Positions 59,509 to 64,000 of a DNA stretch of 64,000 bases are shown piece after piece. The notes under the pieces are model-generated. The model saw only the letters and a list, made by a program, of their open reading frames with translations, searched no databases and was not told where the DNA came from. Positions within the stretch are counted from its first letter, which is position 1. Each line of letters begins with the position of its first letter. Position numbers and translations under genes: made by a program. This DNA comes from Candidatus Aminicenantes bacterium (GTDB lineage: Bacteria > Acidobacteriota > Aminicenantia > Aminicenantales > CALLJL01): contig JBBIRF010000002.1 of NCBI GenBank assembly GCA_037441905.1, positions 85,806-149,805 of the forward strand, read 5' to 3'.

Positions 59509-61305
59509 ATGGTCGAAACCCTGAGCGAGCTTTTTTTAAACACCCTTAGGTCTTACCCCAAGCCTGACTTGATGCTCTATAAGCGAGAAGGCCAGTATGT
59601 CCCGATATCCACTGAAGCTTTTGGCGAGACGGTCAAGAAACTCAGCCTGGGTTTATGGGAACTGGGGCTCAGGCCAGAAGATAAATTGATTATCCTCTCG
59701 GAGAATCGGCCGGAATGGGTTATGACCGACCTGGCAACGCTCTGTCTCGGCGGCATAACGGTGCCGGTCTACACGACGCTTGTCGCCGAACAGGTTCGTT
59801 ATATCATCGATGATTCCGACGCCAGAATAGTCGTCTATTCGAATGAAGAGCAGGGAAGGAAGATTGAAGAAATAAGGCCGCGGTTAACCAAGGTGGAGCA
59901 TTTTATTACCTTTCAGGAAGAGGCGGCACCGGGCGTTTTAACCCTGCGCGAGGTTTTGACCCGGGGAGAAATAATTCTGAGAAATCAGCCGGAGCTTTTC
60001 GAGGCAAGAGCCCAAAAAATCCGGCCGGATAGCCTGGCTTCAATTATTTATACGTCGGGAACAACCGGAATTCCCAAAGGCGTCATGCTCATGCACAGCA
60101 ATTTTATCAGCAACATCAAGAGCTGCTCGGCGATCATTCCTTTTTCGCAAGAAGATACGGTTCTTTCCTTCCTGCCGCTCTCGCATGTTCTCGAGCGGAT
60201 GGTTATGTTCACCTATCTCTACAAAGGTTGCACGGTCGCTTTTGCCGAGAGTGTCGACACCGTCGCCCAGAATCTTTTAGAAGTCCGGCCGCATATCATG
60301 GTCAGTGTTCCCAGGGTTTTTGAGAAAATCTATGCTCGCGTCATGGACAATGTCCTGCATGAATCGCCGCTTAAAAGGAAAATTTTTTTCTGGGCGTTGG
60401 GGGTGGGACGAGAATATGCCCGCCGGAAGCTATCTCGCCAGCCGATTCCGCGGAGCCTGGAGGTCAAGCGGTCGATTGCTCATAAACTGGTTTTTTCTAA
60501 GATAATCGCCCGCACCGGCGGCCGCGTGAGGTTCTTTGTCTCTGGCGGAGCGCCTCTCTCCAAGGATATCGCTGAGTTTTTCTTTGCGCTTGGCCTGACT
60601 ATTCTTGAAGGTTATGGCCTGACCGAAACCTCGCCCGTTATTTCAGTCAATACCTTTGAAAATGTTAAACTCGGAACTGTTGGCAAACCTATACCCGGGG
60701 TTGAAGTCAAAATCGCGCCTGATGGTGAAATTCTTACTCGTGGTCCCCATGTGATGAAGGGGTATTACAAAAAAGAGGCCGAAACCAAAGAGGCCTTTGA
60801 GGGCGACTGGTTTAAAACCGGCGATATCGGTTATATCGATGAAGAGGGGTTTGTGGTTATTACCGACCGCAAGAAAGACATCATCGTGACGGCCGGCGGA
60901 AAAAACGTCGCCCCCCAACCCATAGAAAACTTGCTGAAAACCAGTCCTTACATCGGCAATGCTGTCGTCATCGGCGACCGTCGCCGTTTTATCTCCGCCC
61001 TGGTCGTTCCCAATTTTGAAAAAATCGAAGAATGGGCCAGGGAGAAAGGCCTGGTTTTTGCCAGCCGGCAGGAGATGGTGAAGAATCCTCAGGTAGTTAG
61101 CTTCTTGCAGGCTGAAGTGGACCGGCTGACGTCCAACTTAGCCGCCTACGAGCGAGTAAAGAAAATCGCTGTCCTCGACCGGGATTTTGAGATTGCCGCG
61201 GGCGAAATTACTCCGACGCTTAAAGTCAGGCGGGCGATAATCGAAAAAAGATACCAGGCTCTGCTTGATGAGCTTTATCGAGAGACGGAACCGAACCAGA
61301 CCTGA
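59509..61305 (+). CDS. Long-chain fatty-acid--CoA ligase (AMP-dependent synthetase/ligase, FadD-like)
   Basis: The AMP-binding motif IIYTSGTTGIPKGV and the motifs GYGLTE and GDIGYIDEEGF are present. The start is set at the ATG at 59509, which has a strong RBS. The ORF-track TTG at 59452 is the -35 hexamer. Confidence 0.85.
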   Translation: MVETLSELFLNTLRSYPKPDLMLYKREGQYVPISTEAFGETVKKLSLGLWELGLRPEDKLIILSENRPEWVMTDLATLCLGGITVPVYTTLVAEQVRYIIDDSDARIVVYSNEEQGRKIEEIRPRLTKVEHFITFQEEAAPGVLTLREVLTRGEIILRNQPELFEARAQKIRPDSLASIIYTSGTTGIPKGVMLMHSNFISNIKSCSAIIPFSQEDTVLSFLPLSHVLERMVMFTYLYKGCTVAFAESVDTVAQNLLEVRPHIMVSVPRVFEKIYARVMDNVLHESPLKRKIFFWALGVGREYARRKLSRQPIPRSLEVKRSIAHKLVFSKIIARTGGRVRFFVSGGAPLSKDIAEFFFALGLTILEGYGLTETSPVISVNTFENVKLGTVGKPIPGVEVKIAPDGEILTRGPHVMKGYYKKEAETKEAFEGDWFKTGDIGYIDEEGFVVITDRKKDIIVTAGGKNVAPQPIENLLKTSPYIGNAVVIGDRRRFISALVVPNFEKIEEWAREKGLVFASRQEMVKNPQVVSFLQAEVDRLTSNLAAYERVKKIAVLDRDFEIAAGEITPTLKVRRAIIEKRYQALLDELYRETEPNQT

Positions 61306-61527
61306 TTTTTCCCCAAACGACGTCGAAGCGAAGTCTTAAAAAGCACAATAAGTAACTCCGGTCATTTTTCCTTCAACCCTTCAAGCAGGGAAACTCCTTT
61401 GGCCACCTCAGGCCAAGAATTAATTTATAAAGCTTAATGGAGATTTTAGGCCATCTTAAGGGAAAATTAGTTTCCTGGTGGCGAAGGTAGTCAGCCGAAG
61501 AGGTCGGCTAAAGCTCAGATGCCGGAG

Positions 61528-62322
61528 TTACTTGGAGGAGCTCCGATGGGCAGCCACTTCCTTCTTCTTTTGCCCGGCTGCCTTTTCGGCAGCTTTTCCC
61601 TCCTCCTCTTCTTTTTCTTCTTTACAGATATAGAGGATGCGACCGCAATTTTCGCAAAGATAGATTTTTTTCATATCATAAAGCTCGTTGAGCATCTGAG
61701 GCCTGATCCTCATGTGGCACATCGAGCAAAAATCGTCCGTCACGGGTGAGATGGCCACCCCGCCTTTCTTATCTGCAATCCGGCGATAAAGGTCCATCTG
61801 GTCGGGAGAAATGAGGGCGCTGATTTCTTGTCTCTTCATTTCCAGCTCACGCAACCTGGCTTCGTATTCTTTCTGTCGCTCGATGATTGTTTCCTTTTCT
61901 TTTTTAAGCCGGGTTTCTTCCCGGGAGTAGGTCTGGGTGGCCTGTTCAATTTCCTTTTCAATGTCGTCTGCCTCAAGCATGGCCGAGATAATGCTTTCCT
62001 CCAGCATGTCGACCTTTTTCTGGGTTTCGTCAATTTCCTTGAGGAGGGCCGTGTATTCTTTATTCGTCTTGACGTCGTTTAGTTGTCGCTTATAGGAGGC
62101 TATTTTCGTCCGCAGGTCGGCCACTTCCCTTTCGAGCTCTCGCCGCCGCTTCTGGTTCTCGAGGAGTTTTTCCTTGGCTTTCTTGACGATTTCGGAAGCT
62201 GAGGCGATCTTGCTATCTATTTCGCTAAGTTTTTGGGGGGTAATTTCTAAAAGATGGTGGATGGACCTGAGTTCGTTATCCAGCTCCTGCAGAGTGATTA
62301 ACTTCTCGAACTCAATATCCAC
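61528..62322 (-). CDS. COG1579/DUF164-type zinc-ribbon coiled-coil protein with extended K/E-rich C-terminal tail
   Basis: A long coiled coil is followed by a C4 zinc ribbon CSMCHMRIRP...CENCGRILY, and then a ~30-aa acidic/basic tail. Confidence 0.7.
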   Translation of the reverse strand: MDIEFEKLITLQELDNELRSIHHLLEITPQKLSEIDSKIASASEIVKKAKEKLLENQKRRRELEREVADLRTKIASYKRQLNDVKTNKEYTALLKEIDETQKKVDMLEESIISAMLEADDIEKEIEQATQTYSREETRLKKEKETIIERQKEYEARLRELEMKRQEISALISPDQMDLYRRIADKKGGVAISPVTDDFCSMCHMRIRPQMLNELYDMKKIYLCENCGRILYICKEEKEEEEGKAAEKAAGQKKKEVAAHRSSSK

Positions 62323-62343
62323 ATCGAAGCCTCGTTCTCTAAA

Positions 62344-62415
62344 TGGGCCTACCAGGATTCGAACCTGGGACCTGCCGGTTATGAGCCGGTAGCTCTACCG
62401 CTGAGCTATAGGCCC
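62344..62415 (-). tRNA. tRNA-Met (anticodon CAT); elongator Met or lysidine-modified Ile2 cannot be distinguished
   Basis: The reverse complement GGGCCTATAGCTCAGCGGTAGAGCTACCGGCTCATAACCGGCAGGTCCCAGGTTCGAATCCTGGTAGGCCCA folds as a cloverleaf with a 7-bp acceptor stem, a GGTTCGAATCC T-arm and the anticodon loop CTCATAA. CCA is not encoded. Confidence 0.85.
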
Positions 62416-62621
62416 TTGTTTTGCTAATTTTATAACAAAACTCCCGGTTGAAGTCAAATTAGGGACTGTTTCGGGGGAGGACAGGCTTTCCAGGAAATTG
62501 GGTCTGACGGCATAAGAGACTGCTTTCGGGCTCTTTTGCCTCTTTATCATAAATCATAAAATCTTTCCGGTTATTCTTATTCTGAGAGGCTCGACCGAGG
62601 CTCGACAAACAAAGACGGTGT

Positions 62622-64000
62622 TTAATCAGTATCAAGAAAAGAGCGCAGCTTCTTGCTCCGGCTGGGGTGCTTGAGTTTCCGCAGGGCTTTAGCCTCAATC
62701 TGCCTGATCCTTTCCCGGGTGACCTTAAACTGCTGGCCGACCTCTTCGAGGGTATGCTCGTTGCCGTCACCAAGGCCGAAGCGCATCCGCAAAACTTTGG
62801 CCTCTCTGTCGGTGAGCGTTTTCAGAGCCTCTTCGATTTGTTCTCTCAGGCTGTTGTGAATGACGGTGTCCGGAGGTGAAGGCATGATTTTATCCTCGAT
62901 AAAATCGCCCAGGTGGCTATCTTCCTCTTCGCCGATCGGCGTTTCGAGGGAGATCGGTTCTTGAGCGATTTTAATTATTTTGCGCACCTTGTTAACCGGC
63001 ATCTCCATCCTCTCGGCGATTTCCTCGCAGGTCGGCTCTCGGCCGATTTCCTGGACGAGGCTACGGGAAATCCGGATTAATTTATTGATGGTTTCGATCA
63101 TGTGGACTGGAATCCGGATCGTCCTTGCCTGGTCGGCTATGGCCCGGGTGATGGCTTGCCGGATCCACCAGGTAGCGTAAGTTGAAAACTTATACCCGCG
63201 GCGGTATTCGAATTTTTCGACGGCTTTCATCAGCCCGATGTTGCCTTCCTGAATCAAGTCCAGGAACTGGAGGCCCCGGTTGCTGTATTTCTTGGCGATT
63301 GAAACGACCAGCCGCAGGTTGGCGGCCACCAGCTCTTTCTTTGCCTGGTCGCTGACCTTTTTCCCCATGGTTATCGTCCGAATGACCTTGCGCAGCTCTT
63401 GCGAGTCGAGCCCGACCTCTTTCTGTTCGGCCTTAAGCTGTCGGGTTAAAGCTTTCATCCTGGCGGTCAGAGCATCCTTTGTTTTCTTGCTCTTGGCCCT
63501 GTTCAGAGCTGTTTTCAGGTTCTCGATAGCGTCTTCCAGTTCATTCACCCGCCGCATTTTTTCCTGGAGGAGTTCGATGATGCGTTCTTTTTCAGTCGAG
63601 CGAATTCCCAGCTCCCGAATGAGCTGGCTCATGGCGATGATTAAACGACCGCGAGCAAAAGTGTGTTTCTTGCCGCGGGGAAGGCGTTCGAGCTTTTGGG
63701 CTAATTCTTTTATTTTCTTTATTTGGCCAAGGATGGCCTTTTTCTTTTCTTCGATTTTTTCTTCGGTAATATCTTCCTCGTTGAAATCAAACATCTCCTG
63801 AACAATCAGCGGGTTTTCTTTTATCTTTTCTTCGAGCGATAGAATTTCGTTAAGAACCAGTTTCGTCCGGGAAAGGGCTTTCATTACGGCCTTCTCGCCG
63901 CGCTCGATTTCTTTGGCTAAGGCGATTTCGCCTTCCCGCGTCAGTAGAGAGATGTTTCCCATTTCTCGTAAGTATAACTTTACCGGGTCGGTAGTTCTTT
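62622..64000 (-). CDS. rpoD: RNA polymerase sigma factor RpoD (sigma-70); N-terminus lies beyond the window end
   Basis: Region 2.4/-10 recognition ([32 protein letters not shown]), region 3 and region 4.2 ([25 protein letters not shown]) are present. The frame is open to nt 64000, and the region 1.2 motif [11 protein letters not shown] spans the ORF-track start codon. Confidence 0.9.
   Translation of the reverse strand, partial: RTTDPVKLYLREMGNISLLTREGEIALAKEIERGEKAVMKALSRTKLVLNEILSLEEKIKENPLIVQEMFDFNEEDITEEKIEEKKKAILGQIKKIKELAQKLERLPRGKKHTFARGRLIIAMSQLIRELGIRSTEKERIIELLQEKMRRVNELEDAIENLKTALNRAKSKKTKDALTARMKALTRQLKAEQKEVGLDSQELRKVIRTITMGKKVSDQAKKELVAANLRLVVSIAKKYSNRGLQFLDLIQEGNIGLMKAVEKFEYRRGYKFSTYATWWIRQAITRAIADQARTIRIPVHMIETINKLIRISRSLVQEIGREPTCEEIAERMEMPVNKVRKIIKIAQEPISLETPIGEEEDSHLGDFIEDKIMPSPPDTVIHNSLREQIEEALKTLTDREAKVLRMRFGLGDGNEHTLEEVGQQFKVTRERIRQIEAKALRKLKHPSRSKKLRSFLDTD

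Overview
This 64-kb window looks like chromosome from a moderately GC-rich, probably deep-branching bacterium. No transposase, integrase or recombinase gene and no CRISPR array were seen. The gene calls below were made by reading the supplied six-frame translations against remembered family signatures; no database search was run.

In order, the window contains:
- a branched-chain/2-oxoacid-elongation block with two tandem LeuC/LeuD-type dehydratase pairs flanking one LeuB-type dehydrogenase;
- tsaB-rimI, a convergent truA and a LOG/TIGR00725-like gene;
- a seven-gene plus-strand operon: a sulfatase-fold enzyme with a Thr in place of the formylglycine Cys, a 70-aa protein, a 210-aa coiled-coil protein and four GT4 glycosyltransferases arranged as paralog pairs A-B-B'-A';
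- an MglA-like Ras-family GTPase with a novel charged C-terminal extension and no adjacent MglB, followed by comM;
- an APC permease, then on the minus strand a complete dcw cell-division cluster (mraZ-rsmH-ftsL-ftsI-murE-murF-mraY-murD-ftsW-murG-murC-ftsQ-ftsA-ftsZ, lacking murB and ddl) ending in an orphan hutI;
- an operon of archaeal-type bifunctional FBP aldolase/phosphatase, NUDIX and DUF2007 with a near-consensus sigma70 promoter;
- about 700 bp of unexplained non-coding DNA;
- a secreted protein with a Trp/Tyr/Phe-rich repeat region;
- M23 peptidase-pssA-psd-cyclophilin;
- an unusual A/G-rich 500-bp spacer;
- M28 peptidase, Fe-ADH and a DRG-like (archaeal/eukaryotic-type) Obg-family GTPase with a TGS domain;
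- gyrB-gyrA;
- an ECF sigma/anti-sigma pair with a Secretin_N-like small protein;
- a DUF917-AroM pair and an acyl-CoA synthetase;
- a COG1579 zinc-ribbon protein, tRNA-Met(CAT) and rpoD, which is 5'-truncated at the window end.

The best candidates for something undescribed are the sulfatase-fold/coiled-coil/GT4-quartet operon with the neighbouring orphan MglA-like GTPase, the aromatic-repeat secreted protein, and the 700-bp non-coding block.
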